A stretch of DNA of 64,000 nt from Tubulanus polymorphus (Eukaryota; Animalia; Nemertea): positions 22,654,560 to 22,718,559 of the forward strand of contig NC_134027.1 in assembly GCF_964204645.1 (NCBI RefSeq). Direction: 5' to 3'. Every line of letters starts with the position of its first letter. Within the stretch, counting starts at the first letter, position 1. The translations under genes were made by a program, and so were the position numbers. Positions 10,901-25,900 of the stretch are shown piece by piece. The notes under the pieces were generated by a model. The model worked only from the letters and a program-made list of their open reading frames with translations. It made no database searches and was not told the DNA's origin.

Positions 10901-13900
10901 GTATCCCACACGACCGATGTGGCTGGACATATATAGATAAATATATAGATACGCTGCCATCCCATCCAGTGACTGGTAGAGTACAACTGATCCATGCAGA
11001 CGCAGATAAGGAAAGGTCAAGTCCCATCTGGCAAACAGGACTTCTAGAAAGTTTAAAAACTTCATCGAAAGCAAACGAGAATTGAAACAGTAAATACTCT
11101 TAATCCAACTTGTTATCTGAACACAGCGAAAATTCTAGCATGGACACGAAACGAAAGCAAATTTTATCGCGCTAACTAAAGCTGAGGCTTAGAGATTGAA
11201 AAGCACAACGCAAAACATATCAACAATTATCATAGCGAAAACTCCACCTAGGGTTAAACTTAAACACTACAACAACACTACTCAAAACTCACCGCGAATG
11301 GGCACATGCTAGCGTAAGAAATTCAAATACGGCATTTCAAAACAACGTCATGCATTCAGATTTTCCAAATCATCGATTTGTGAAAAGATTTCGGCAATTT
11401 TTGAAAAGCATAACACCATACCTGAGGTTCGTAGCGTATGACAATGTCGTAGTCCATACCCATGACGATGTCGCTGATCGTGAACTCGAGGCTAGCGCCT
11501 TCGGGAACCATCATGAATCCGGGACCAGTCCACGATACCGGCCGGTCGGGTACGCGTTCCCTGATCACTACACGGGTATCCTAGCCATGGCAAAATACAA
11601 GATACGATTTAAAAATATGAATATTTTCATGGTTAAACCCTAGTTTTTGATGGTACCAGTCATCTCGGTAAACCACTCAACAAATAAATTTTACTAGAAT
11701 TCATTTGGAAAACCTTCATTTCCCTGATTCTAAAGAGAAAAAACCTCTAAACTGTGTTAAGCGGACTCTAAATTCAATTCACACTTCACTTGGATATAAT
11801 CTCATTTAATGAATTCAAACAGATTCGTATTGATCAGTTTTACAAATTTCTTCATACTGCTGATGAAAATGGTCGATGTAACATTGGTTTTGTTAAGGGC
11901 AAGGAGAGGCCCAACATTGCCACTCACCCTGACAAATACACAGTTCCAAATTGGAGAAATATTCAAAGTCTTTTCTGAATTTACAGTTATCCCTGATTTT
12001 CACCTCAATATCATCAAGTCAAAGTAGTAACTAAAGTTCCCAATGTCACCAAGTTCCCTGCTGTTCAACTGGGTGAAATATTTAGTTACCAATTCTACCG
12101 AGTTTCCTGATTCTTAATCGGTGAAAATTTCCAGTTCACAACGCTACCTAGCAAGGCTCAGTCCACTGGAGTTTATCTTCTCAAACAAATAATTATTAAT
12201 TACGATCGCCCATTTCGCATTGAACTGAAAGAGGTTAAATCAGTCGTGTCAAGTAGGCGGGAAACTTACCCCGATCCCGCGAGCGAATTCGGCTTCGTAC
12301 GCGTTATAATCGAGCATCGGCAGGAAGTATTCCGGCCGCACTTGGTTACACTGTCGACCGATTAAATTCGGTCGGCAATTACAGACGCCGTCCACATGGT
12401 TACACATGTTGTCATACGAACCGCCTACGTCGCACTCGCACGGTTTACACCCGTCCAACGCCTCGCTCATACCCCAATATTCCGGCTGAAATGATAAAAT
12501 CGACGATAAGAATAAGTTTTGACAAAAAACGTCTTCCGAATTGGCCAAATCGCTTTCGTATCTGAATTCATATACATGTACGCATCTTGGGCTCGAGAAA
12601 TATCTTTTAACCCTTTGAAGATGATTTGCTTAAATGTACCTATTTAAAGTAGATCCACATATAGCATGTCCCTGTCCATATATATTTATAATCGCCAATA
12701 AACTAAAATCCCTATTGTCAAACATCGTTAAAATACTTCGCACTGCGAGGTACATACAACGTAGCAGTGCACCAGTTATACACCGCACTGCAGTGGAATT
12801 TCAAAGTTTTCAAATTTTCTCTGTTAACAACGATGTATATAGGGAGTGTAGCTGTCAGTAGTGATGGTTACTCCAGATTTTTATTTAATCCGGATTCACC
12901 CTTTCACTGTGGTCGATTTAATGTTTATTCCAGATCTCTGATAAACCGGATTCTAACTAACTGTATTGTCAAAATAAACCGTGTTAAAACGAAAGCGCAG
13001 TACGTACCATACAACTGTCGCAGTCGCGTCCGGTAACGTAGCGTTTACACTGACAGGTACCGTCAACTTTATCGCATCCGTAGTTACCAACCGTACCCAA
13101 CAGATTACACGAACAAGCTGCAAAACAAAAAAATTACACGTTCAAAAATCGTTCTGAAAAAATCATTGATTCAGTAATCACCATCTTCAAAATAAACGAA
13201 ATGAAGATGAATGATGTTAGCTGATGTCAAAATAAAATCCACGCAAATGCTGTAATTTGGATATTTCAAATCATCACATCATGAAATTGTTATGTTTTGG
13301 GGTAAACCAGTTAAGTCAATGCAAAGCCTTCGGGCCCAGGTTTCATGAAAAAGTTTAAGCCTGAAACGCTTATGTTTGAATTGTTGTCCTCATTGAAAAC
13401 ACAGAGTTGCCACTTATGTGAAGCTAAAAATCCGGAAAATAAGTCGGGGGTCTGGGGGCCCTCCCCCATAAAATTTTTGAAATTAGAACGCCAGCAGATG
13501 CGTTCTGGCGCAATACGCGTTATAGGCCCCACTCATTACCGCCTATAGATCTTTTTTTCAAATAGCGATTGGTTCCGTCAAATACACCTCATATATAAAC
13601 CAGAGCCAAAAAACAAACGAAGCGTCAGTCGATTTCGATCGTCGCGTCATCTTGCTTTAATCGTGTACTGCAGGGTTGTTGCCACTACGTGGCAGCACAA
13701 TACGGCTTTTTCGAACCCTCTACGGAGCCGTCACGTTTTGATGTTTAGGGTCGAATCCCGGATTTTATTTTTTTGCGATGTTTTGTTTTGTGGTTATTTG
13801 ACTTCTCCCGAAAATCCAGAAATGAAATTGGATTTTTTTTAAATCCGGAATTCCGGAGAAACCTGGAGAAGTGGCAACACTGAAAACATGAAGTAACCAA

Positions 13901-16900
13901 TGGGAATTACACCAAAAATTTTAGTGTAACTTTTTTCTGAAACTGGGCCCAGATCCGGGTTACTCTTCAATACAAACCTCTACAGCCGTCTGGATTGTCG
14001 GTTTGTAAATCCCAGTAGCCGTTTTTACACGTGTCGCACCGGCGTCCGTCGATGTGGCGTTTACAAACGCATCGTCCGGCGATCATTCCTAGATCGGGAT
14101 CGGTTCGACTGTCGCATTCGCCGCCGTTCTCCGAACCGTGCGGATCGCAATCGCAAGCTGCAACAAACCACAGAAAGATAGACGATAATTATCATTAAGC
14201 GATTAATCTGTAATTAGGCCTTGGAGCATGGATCCACCTTCCGGAATTATGCGAAAAACATCAAATCAAACAAAATCTTTTTTCGCAATCCTTCATGTTT
14301 TCATCAGAATTTTTCCAAAAAAAAGAATAATAATTTTTTTTTGTTATACCCTTTTTTGCAAAAAGTTTGTTTTTCCCCCATCACTTCAATCGAATTCATC
14401 ATAACTTTCATTTTTTTCTTTCAAAAGAAAAATACAATTCAGCGAATGAGGGTATAAGTATTTTCATTCAGCGCACTGGACTGGACCCCCTACTTGTAGG
14501 TACATACTGATCTACCCTTACATACTGGTATGTATCTGGTTGTAAGTAGTCGAGACTTTTTGAAATCAACTCTGAAGATGGGTGGAAGGATTCCGCCCGA
14601 AATGAACGGAAAAAAAAATAATAACAGTTGTTCGAATTGACATTGTGGGTTTCTCTAAATGATACGTACGTATGTTTCTCTTATTGAATCAGAATTCTTC
14701 GCAATTTGTACCGACAGGCACGTGCGGCACATAGCTCCCGACAATATTCATATTTATAGACATAGTTGTTCTAATTCCGATCTATATAGTTGTTCTAATT
14801 CCGATCTATATACAAATACGTGAAATAGATAAGTTTCAAGTTCTTTCATCTTGAGCGAGCCTGCGCTACGTGAACGCTGATGATTTTATCTCCAGACGCC
14901 GCGGGCAAACATCTCAAGCAGCAGCGTTTCAACGTTGATGAACTGTTAACGAACCCTTTCATCCGGACTTCTTTTATCACGAAATCGATCAACGAATCAA
15001 TTGATTTAATCCTTTCCCTGAAGTGTGCTATATTATATGTCGGGTGGTTGACTACTAAGGAAATTTGATGATGCCAGAGTACAGCAATGAATATGTACCA
15101 AAAAAGCCATCTAATGGGGGTCTAACCTTTCCTAGAAATAATTCAAAATCTTCTTCTAAGAATACTTCACTTCTAGACAGTTGCTCGAACCATTCCATTT
15201 TCTCGGACTTTGAACACCCCAATATTCGATGTTGTGGTATAAAATAATTGATAATTACTCATGAAAAATTTTCCAAAAACCCCTTTTCTAGGATATTACA
15301 AAAGTATTGAATACCCCAATATTACAGGTTGTGGTAAAAAATAACCTTTAAATTACTTGCAAGAATAGTTTTTTAAACCCATAAGTTGACAGGTATTGAT
15401 TTCCCTCTGTTAACTAATCCCGATTTCAAATTGTACTCAGTATACGTAGGTAAATAAGACATACAATTTCTGTGTAAGATGAAAACATGAATACGCAAAA
15501 AGTCGAACGAAAGTTCTACCGGTATTCATCTTCCGCTGAAATTATTGTTGGATTTCTTACGTTTCAACAAACTTTCACGATTTTGTGGAACTAAATCGAC
15601 GACATTGATTAATGTCGAAATTTGTACGAACGTACGTGCATCGCGCCGGTGGTGCTAATACTCACACGCGCAAATATAGGGGTCTCTGATATCGCGGTCC
15701 GGGTCTTGATAGAAGAACGGACGACACTCCTGACAGTTTCGTCCCATCGTGTTGTGTTGACAGTCGTCGCAGACGCCGCCGCTTTTTCGCTCGGTCAACT
15801 CGTAAACGGCCGGATCGAAGTGACACCTGGTGGCGTGGTTGTTACATTCGCAACCTGACAAAAACAAAATGGTGGAATATTCAAAATTCTGAGCTACTGT
15901 TATGTATTTCAAGTATTTTGATGTATTTAGAGTATTTCGACCGTCAATAATTCTAGCCAAAAACCATAATTTCATATCTTTTGCTTGAGTTCATAAGCGT
16001 GGAGTCTTCCCATCTTAACAATAACCAACTCCTACGCGGTATTACCAGGGACGGATCCAGGGGCATGTTGTGACCATGTCGACCAATAAAAAGGGCATAT
16101 ATTCTTAATTAAGGACGGAAAGGCGTATCAGCAAAATTTTTGAAATTTCAATATCATTTTAGAGCTTTCTGAGCATATCTGAGAAGCATTTAGCCAAGAA
16201 ACATAGGTTATATATTTAAGAAAAATATCTATTGTGTATCTCAGGTGGTTACATGGCAAATTTTGATACAGAGAAAAATAAAAAGGCACTTTAAAATTCC
16301 GACCGTGTCCGGCGACACGGTCTAAATCCGCCCTTGATTACGGGGTCTCTACAGATCAGTCACTACTAGATACAGGGAGTTTTCAAGCGGAAAATTTCGA
16401 GGTAGCGATATCCCAATTACTGTAGACTTCTCCTATGTCGGTACTGTTTATCTCAGTTAAGCATGAATTCAGTGATTTTCTAAGCAAATTTTTATCCTTA
16501 ACACTACCTAAACTTGGTTGCTAATTTGGTACTAGCTTAAAATTGAGTAAAAACAAATCTGATCCCAAGTGTACTGATTCAGGCGTAGCAAACTCTACAA
16601 CTACAAAGTAGACAGAAATTTCTTATCGCCTATCTCTCAAAATTGAAGGAGATTAAAAGGAGTTTCCAACACTTTGCTCAAATCAAAGTAGTTCAAGCAC
16701 CTTTAAAAGCATTTTATGTTTTTAAGGAATCAAGGGGATGTGGGAACCCTGTCAGTTATATGAAATCTACTCTTATCGAGTCAGATACAGACTCGACAAT
16801 ATTTCACAATCTCTGCATTAACGTAACACCAAGGTGGTATAATTTTATCAGTCTAAACTCGACAGAGTTTATTCAACACAAACTCTTCTTACTCAATAGC

Positions 16901-19900
16901 TAGCCAACTCGGGACAGTATATTACCAGTCCTAACTATCAGGCAGTAAGATTAAGAGTCTTCTACAGTATTTCTCAAACCAATCTCAAATCTAACTACAT
17001 AGTAGGGACGAGTCATATTTCCAGACTTCATAATGATTCTACCAGCCCCTACTTTACCATGAGTATTTCTTGAACAAAATCAGTATCCCACCACAATACG
17101 GGTAGGAATTGTGGTGGGTAGATCAAACTACCCAACTGTGGTGGGTAGATCCAACTTCCAACAAAATAGGCATAGTCGATGGTATCATAAATATGCAATG
17201 GAGTTTACCATTGTTTCCCTAAATAGAGACTTTTTTGCCGCTCTCTCTTGGCTGTATCATATGTTTTGATTGACGTTCTACAGACACGGTGTAATCAGTA
17301 ATAGTTACACGCACGCTAATCAGTAAGCTATTCGCTATCCCCGTCCTCCGTGTTGATGTGGTTTAACGATCGAAAATACTACGTAAACACAGGAAAACAG
17401 ACCGCCGAGCCAGCAGGAAATTAACATTCCTGACCTACGTCAAAAATAAACCCGCACCGCGCGAGCGAGCGGTTTGTCAGTGGTTTGTCTTTCGCGAAAA
17501 AATGTGCCACTCGACAAAAACCGCCGCCGATACAGGAAAGCTTAACCGCAACAACCCGGAAATTTTCGAACTCCGGGTCGAGCGTTTATCCTCTGCTAAC
17601 CCCGCTAGCTTAAAGTGCAATCGGTAACAACTTTTATGTAAGGAAAGTTGTCTTGAAACGTTTCCGGGAAAAATTTCGTTTCGAAATGTATTAGAACTAT
17701 TTGATATTGGTGACAAAGTTTTAACGATTGACCCGACAGCAATAAGCAAGTCCAACTGGAGCCACCCGAATCGCTCCAAGCACTCTGATTTGAATATGAT
17801 CGTCAGTCATATTGGTAACGTGGTTGAAAACAAAAATATGTCTTCAGTGACTTAGTGACTTTTCAACACCTGGGGCCGGTTACATAGTTATGGCTTAGAC
17901 TTAAGACCAGTCTTAGACCAACTTAGTTCTAAAGCTAATCTAACAACTTAAGACCAGTCTTAAGATTTAAGGTGGACTTAAGTCACGAATGTGCAACTGG
18001 GCCCTGAGCTCATGATGTAGTGACTTTTCAACCCCAGGCTAGTGATTTAGTGACTTTTCAACCTCCCAGGCCAAGTCTCACAAAAAGGATCAACACTTTA
18101 AATTGATTTAATTCCATCGATCATTATTTCATTTCATGATTTACGACGATCATTTTTTTTTAAACTGCGTCAAGGGCAGATTGCGGCGCCCTCTATCTAT
18201 CGAGCACAGAACTTACGTTTGCATTCATTCGACTCGGACCCGTGCGCCGGTCGCCACGGTAATTCATTGTAGAAGTCTTCACATTGTTCACAATTGAAGC
18301 CTTTCGTGTGATGAACGCACTCACATTTACCATGAACCTACAAAATATGTTTATAAAAATTCTTAAAATTCATAGCCTATAAACTGGTTAAAGATTCCGG
18401 AACTTTCAGTGAAGGTCACCGAGTGTACCTTTGAAATAAGGGTCACAGATTTTTAATTGTGTGTTTTCATGAACGCATTTAATATGAAACACTTTTTACG
18501 GATTTTATTTGAACCTCAACCCAGCTCCAGTTTTAGTTACATTTTAAACTCTGGGCCCAGGCAGTTGAGGGGGTTTTATTTGCCTGCTGGATCCAGTTCC
18601 ACAGTTGTTTGGTTTTAATGTGACTCTGGATCCAGTTCCACAGTTATGTGGGTTTAATTCGATTGTGGATCCAGTTCAACAGTTGTGTGAATTTAATTCT
18701 GGACCCAGTTCCACAGTTGTGGGGTGTAACTTGACTTTGAGACCAGTTCCACAGTCGTGTGGGTTTAATTTGACCGTGGATCCGACTCCGCAGTTGTGTA
18801 GGTTTGATTAAGACTCATTTCAAGCAAACCGAATGGTTTATGGATTTAAGAGGGTCTAATCTAAAAGTACTCAGTTGATCTCAGAAGATATGAATGAACT
18901 ATGCATAAACGCAATCTATAGTATAGTAGTATCTGACAATGGTCTATGTTACAATTAAATATGGAGAAGGGGTCAATTATTAGTAAACAAATCCTTGGCC
19001 CAATGACCTACTCTTTATTATCCGTAAGTCACACATAACAGATATCAAATATCCCCTAAACAATTCAATGATCCGACCATAATAATAATAATAATAATAA
19101 TAATAGTGCATAGAGGCTATCCATTCTTTGTCCAGTATCTGTCCTCAACTAAGATTTTCAAAACATTCCTCAACAATTTGAATGTGTCATCGGCTTTCCC
19201 TGCCCAGGCTTTATCATCTGCTACCCCATTCTACGAATGTGGGTAAAAATCCCCCCAAGTTCAGTTTTCTATCAAACTTAAGTATAAAACCTAAATGAAA
19301 ACAGATGATACTTTTTACAATAATATCTAGGGTACTTAGATATTTTGATATCACTTTTACACTAGATCTCTTCATAGAAATTTCCAAAAATACGACGATA
19401 TCATTTTTATGCATGTAGCTCGGTCAAAGTCACAGATCATCAAAGCTGAATATTGTGAAAAACACCACGGAAAATTTGAAATTTTTGAAAACTATTGAAG
19501 TCTTTCAACATAAGAATATTGAAGTATTCTATTGAATTTTGTTGTGAAATCAAATTCGGGAGGATTTTTTACCATGGGGGATATTTACTGGGGACATTTT
19601 TACCTGATACCCATTCTACAGAATTCTAACCAATTCAACTTTTTATGACTTATCGAAAAATTTAGTTTTATCCACCAGTTTCGACTAGAACCAAGCTATA
19701 AGTGTCCTGTCGACAGGCATATTCAGATAGGCCAAATTATCTATTTATGTAGCGATTGAATTGAACATACTAATTAACCCTTTCAGTTCAGTGCAGAGTA
19801 CGAATCAGTGGTGGATTTTGCTAGTACACCGCACTGCAGTGTATTGATTTAATTAGAAATTACTAATTATCTCTCTTGAACGATGGCAGCACCTGTCAAA

Positions 19901-22900
19901 CATAGTGAAATATAAGTTACTAATATTTCACTATGTTACTAAGTAACTAACTAAGTAACTAACAATATACCGCGCCAGGGTGTAGACGCACTATAGTGCT
20001 ATTCCCATTATTCAACACACTAGGGTGGAATTTTTCAGAATTTTCAAATTATCTTCAGCACTATAGGGTATTAATTAGCCAGCACTGAAAGGGTTAATAA
20101 GATTCAAACTAAGGGGACAGGAACGCCACACGCTCACTTAAAGTCTGAGGGTTAATTTTGATAAAGTCTCTCAGCATCCATGCCACTTAAGATTTTTTCA
20201 TCATTGAGTTGCATGTAGTAGATAACACACGTTGTCGAGAGCGTACAGGAGACCTATATAATATACTAATGTGAAGCCGTGTTGTTTCAAGTACTTCTCT
20301 TCTGATAAAAATATGTACATTCATGTGTGTGTGTGTGTGTATGTGTATGCATTCTCTCTCTTCTCTCCCACACTTTAAAAAAACGCGCTTCTGTATGAGA
20401 ATATCGGCCGCTCGTATTTTCTTTTTTCAATACTCAGCGGGATTCGTTTACAAGAGAAAATATTTACGAATCGGTGGTGGGGCAGAATGATCGAAGGCGT
20501 ATTATAGTATAATGTGGTCGACAGATTTTCCGCCGATGTTTTTTTTTTTCGTATAGTGCTCCTCGCGAGGGCGCAGTTGTAAATATCGCTCGTTCGTATT
20601 GTTTCCCATTTTTTTTCTGAATTCTAGGAGTTTCTCTACGCGACGTGTAAAAAGAATCAATGAAAAGTTCTTTTTCAAATTACAAAGGGCGTTGTACAAG
20701 TGAAAATAAATGCTATTTGAAACGTAAAGGAAATTGAAGCGCGATAAACAGCGTCGCTTCTGGCAACACGTGGAACATCAGGTTCAGGATAGTAGCAGTC
20801 GGATTGGACATGAGTCGACACCTTTTTGCACTTTCGAAAGTCAGAAGTCAACATAAATCCAGAGACAGTTCACGGCACTTTCCTAAATCAATGATTAAAT
20901 GGCAACGTCTCAATAAAAAGGCATTTGCCTTCGCACATGGACAATAAATGAAATTGCCACCAGACTTCCAAAGACTACCAAACTTCCCCGAGCCAATTGC
21001 CCCCTCCCCAATTATTCTGGGTTCAGTTTCATAAAATGGTTTAAATTTGAATTGACGGACCTATTGTAAACATGAAGTTATAACCAAAACCAAAATCTCC
21101 AGTGGACCCAGATTAATCACAATGTCTTAAAAGCTTGAATTAGTTTAGTGCACCAGTATGCTTTGCTTCACTGTATATTGGAAATAATTGTGTAGGTGTT
21201 GTTTCAATCTTAAGATAGGGTCGGGGAACAGAGAAGGGGGGTGGGACATTGTCCAGATGCTATTTTGTGCTTACCATATCGGGACGATTTTCCATTCCTT
21301 CAATCGGTACGCATTTACTGGCGTGGCCGTAACACGAACAACGACCCCTAACGATCATATCGTAAACCGCGTAGTAATACTTCTCTTTGATTTTATCGCG
21401 ACTGTCCAACAGGTTGTCGCCTAAAAAGAAAGCAACGAAACAAATCAAAAATAAATTTGGCCATCGAAAAAATCGTAACGAGGTTATCGGCACAAAAGAT
21501 CCGATGAAAAATGAAGTTTTGGTCGATATCGTAAGACCATGAATGGATTTGAAATGTATCGTATTAGTACAAACCCCTGCCCCAGTAAACAGGGGGGTCG
21601 GTTGCTCAAAGATTGATAGGCCTATATTTGTACTTAACCATCGGGCCCCATTTCCACAGCTGTGAGTTAAGGTTATCCCGCAGAGGAAAAATCCGTTCAT
21701 TTTCTATCAATTAACTTTTAAGTCAAATGTAACTCAGATTTCTGAACTGAATATTTAGCTAGCTCGGCCAGATTACGTATCGTGCACAACTTACCGAGTG
21801 TATGCAGTTTGGTAAAGTTGATTCTCAAATTTGTCATTTTCAATAAATCCTGCACCTCTTCGCTGTACGGGTCTTTAATGTCGATCGACGGAGGTAGAAC
21901 ACGGAAAATAACCTGGAACATTTCATCAAAATCCACACTTAGATTTCTGCTTTAAACTCATATGCTAATAAACCCAACTCGTGTCGCATAAGATCCGGCC
22001 CGATCTTCTGATCGTAAGGAATCGTTAGCCAGTCACCAATTTTTCAGCCGGGAATCGTTGCGACATGACCAGTTTTAAAGACCAGTCGTAAGCCGTTCTA
22101 TTTCTTACAACTATCGGATCGGATGGGAGCAGATTGGGCCTACGCAACCGGAGTAAGTTAAAACCGATTGTAAGGTCGTAGCCAATGAACGGCGATGTAC
22201 ACATCACATGATTTGGGCGCCCGGTCCAAAAAATGATGGTGGGTCTCAGGTGACCCGAGTGTAGCCGAGATCTGACACAAGCGAGCCTTCGCAGAATCAA
22301 TGAATTGACCTCGCGATGCTGCACAGCCAGATCAGCCACCAAACCCTGCTACATTAGACCGGGTGCGCAGATACATGCACTAGCTGCATGAATAGTGTAT
22401 ATATCATAGAAACAAGCCTTAGAACTCACCTCTCCGGACGTAGACGGCGCCACGTCCGAGTAGCGGGACTGGCAGATGACGTCCGTCAGTCGGCGCACGT
22501 ACCCGGTCGGCACGCCGGGGAACTCCTTCGCGCAGTCGTACGCGAAATACCGATAGACCTTCCACGTTTTGCCGAAGTCGTACGACCGTTCGATCAACAG
22601 CGCCGCCGGCCGGAACGTTTTGAACGTCATGATCAAATGCGTGAAATGGAACTCGGCCTCGAGGTCGAGTTGAACGGAGACCTTCTGCACGCCGTTCTCC
22701 GCCTGCCACCAGCTGCCCTTGCGACTGCGGAACGTCGACACCACGTTCTCGACGCGGTGACTGCGCCAGTTGATGCGACCGTTCTCCTTGTACGGCCGCC
22801 GCGAGTCGCAGTAGAAGCACTTCTCCTTGTCCTCGAGGTGACTGACGATGCAGTAGCGTTCGACGCGTCGCAAGCCGCACACCGACGTCGCCGCCAAGCG

Positions 22901-25900
22901 GTTCTCGCGACCGATCAACAGATCGCCGGTCGCCGGGTAACAGCTGCCCTGTTCGCATTGCGGCTGACGCTCCTGCGATCGAATACCTACGAATAGAAGA
23001 ACATTCGTAAAATAATATAAAGACGCGTCAATTTTTCATTTTCGATACGAAATTCTAATTCGAACATTTTAGATTGCTATATTTTTTTTCAAATGTGGAA
23101 AAGTGAATTTGTTGGAATTATTAGCAAAAAACAGCACCGAAGGAATGTGTCAGATTCGCGTGATGTCATAGGGCTCAATTCCGGGAGATGGGATTTTTTG
23201 GCAGTCTCACGATGCGACCAAATTCAAAATCTTGCAAGCGAGGAATAGTGGCAGAGTCTCATGGAGCCATCAGGTGCAAATCCCTGTGAGGGAGGAACGT
23301 GACAGAGTCTCATGATGGCATCAGGTTCAAATCCCTGTGAGGGAGGAACGTGGCAGAGTCTCGTGATGCCATCAGGTTCAAATCCCTGCAAACGAGGAAC
23401 ATGGCAGAGTCTCATGATGCCATCAGGTTCAAATCGCTGTGAGAGAGGAACATGGCAGAGTCTCATGATGGCATCAGGTTCAAATCCCTGCGAGGGAAGA
23501 ATGTGGCAGTCTCACGAAACCATCAGGTTTTAATGCCGGTGAGGGTGACGATAGCCTCCTATAAGTCTCCTGCAAACACAGAATGTTGGTACCTACGAAT
23601 AATATTTCACAAAGGAAATGTCGCATTTCCTGGCCTCTTCCACTCCCCCGCTTATCAACAAAAACATCAACAAATTCTTTCGCTACATTTCGAATACCAG
23701 ACCATCGACTACTAACAATAGTAACACGACAGCTGCGGCTATTAATCCGTGGTATTCCGCGGTAGTAAATTACATTAAGTACAATCGTTGTAATTATCCT
23801 ATTAATCAGGACGCTACGTTACTAATTACTAACGAGATGACATATTTTTATTAATTTACTGTCACGGTTTCCCATTTACGGAACAATGTTATAAACCTAT
23901 ATGCGGTACACACTGGTTACTACTATATCGGCCTTCCTCTGAATGAATGACACATATATGCCGCAATCACACGAAGCGTTTTCGGCCCGGGGCAAAATTA
24001 GGCCGTACCAGATTAGACCCGGGCCTACTGTTCTCATGATAGGAGCCAAGTTTAAGCACGGGTCAAATATAACTACATGTAAATGTTAACTGGGTCTGGA
24101 AGTGACATGCCTTGTTTTGTTGCAGCATTGTGAACGCGCTCTCGAATAAGACAGGTCCATTTCCGCAGAAAGTGCAGGTATAGTAAGGCCCAATTGGGCT
24201 AAGTCTGGTCTCAAATATTGCGGAATCAGTACAATAGCAAAATATCGATACCAAATTAGACCAAGGTTGGATTTAAGACAGAACGCCTTACATAAACTCA
24301 GTCCACTTCTGCGTTAAGTTTTTCCTCAATCCAGGGATAAAGTTTAACCCTTTCAGTGCTGACTTATTAATACCCTATAGTGCTGAAGATAATTTGAAAA
24401 TTTTGAAAAATTCCACCCTAGTATTTTGAATAACGGGAATACCACTATAGTGTGTCTACACCGCGGTGCTGAGTATCGTTAGTTACTAATATTTCACTAT
24501 GTTTGACAGGTGCTGCGATCTTTCAATAGAGATAAAAACTAATAACTAATTACACCAATACGCCGCAGTGTGGTGTACTAGCAAAATCCATCAACGATTT
24601 ATACACCGCACCGTGGTGTAGACACACTGAAAGGGTTAAACTCCCAGGCCCAGTTCAACACTTCCGAGGGGAAATTTCGATCTGAAGCTAAGCAACCTCA
24701 TTTTCTAACATGTCTTTTTCAGAGACGAATAAACATTTAAGTTTCACTCCCATCATCTCAACGAGACTAATGTAACTTTCATCCGCGAAATCCAAAACCA
24801 ACCCCGAGGTGAGTAAAAATCCCACAATAAACGAATCGATCTAAAAAGTTTACTTAAAATATAAGAAATATTTTCAGTCTAAAATGATGTTCTAGTTAGT
24901 TATGGAGTCAAGAAGGGGTTCATTTTAGAAAGAAAAAGGGTGGTAATAACCACCTGAAATATTCCTAATATCCTAAATAATAAACTTTTTCGATCAGTTC
25001 ATATATTGTGGGATTTCTACTCACCATTATATCCACGCATATTGCGATGATCCTCAACCGACCCTGATGCAAAAAGCACTTGTTCAGATTTATGTCTAAC
25101 AGTCGTATCAGGTTTACTATTGCCTTTTTATTCCATAAACAACGTCATAAACACCACCACCTCGACTGAAGAAAGGCCTCAATTCATCTGTTATTCTTTA
25201 CCCCAAACAATCATTTCATAACGTGTTTTAAGAGGCGGGATTTCTGACATCCTCCGCCGAGCTCACACTCACAATACAGACAGTCGCGTCCCTACTTGAC
25301 CCCGTAACTATAGAACATCAAACGTCACTTGAATAGGTTTGTTTAATCTAAAAAAGGCAGAGGATAAAACGAATTCAACAGACACAATGTGTCCGTTGAA
25401 ATGTCATGTACCTTTAATGTTGGTAACACGCCGACCCGGCTTTGACAGACGGCGACGATCCTGAAAATCGCCCAAAACAAAAGCTATGTATGAGATTTGT
25501 CGCGGTTCAAAACAAGCCAGGCCTGGATTTAAAGTTGGTTTCGGCACCAAATTAGACAGCGCGCTCATATATAATTCTCTCACTCTGTACTAAAATGCTA
25601 TCAAAATGATGTGATCGAGATGAGTCACTACCAGAACCAGTTCAAGTGAAATCAATTGACCCAAGCTTAAGTTTGGCCCGGGCCAAATTCGACATGGTCA
25701 AAAATAATTAGTGTGATCACGACTTAAGTCACTATTTCACCAGAGGTAGTGACTAGTAGTGTGTCTTATTAAAGGTCAGTGAAAATTTTCAATCAATTTT
25801 GAGCTGAAAATTGAACGGCATGGACTAGATTGTGGGGCTGCAGAATCCAATCTCAGACAAGCCTCCGAAAAGATCGAATGATTAACTTTCCTACTGTGGT

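Noticed and set aside
22388-22996. 202-aa plus-strand and 179-aa alternate-frame ORFs
   Set aside because: By-products of the GC3-rich laminin exon.
23224-23533. Repetitive ORFs on both strands
   Set aside because: Translations of a 51-bp minisatellite.
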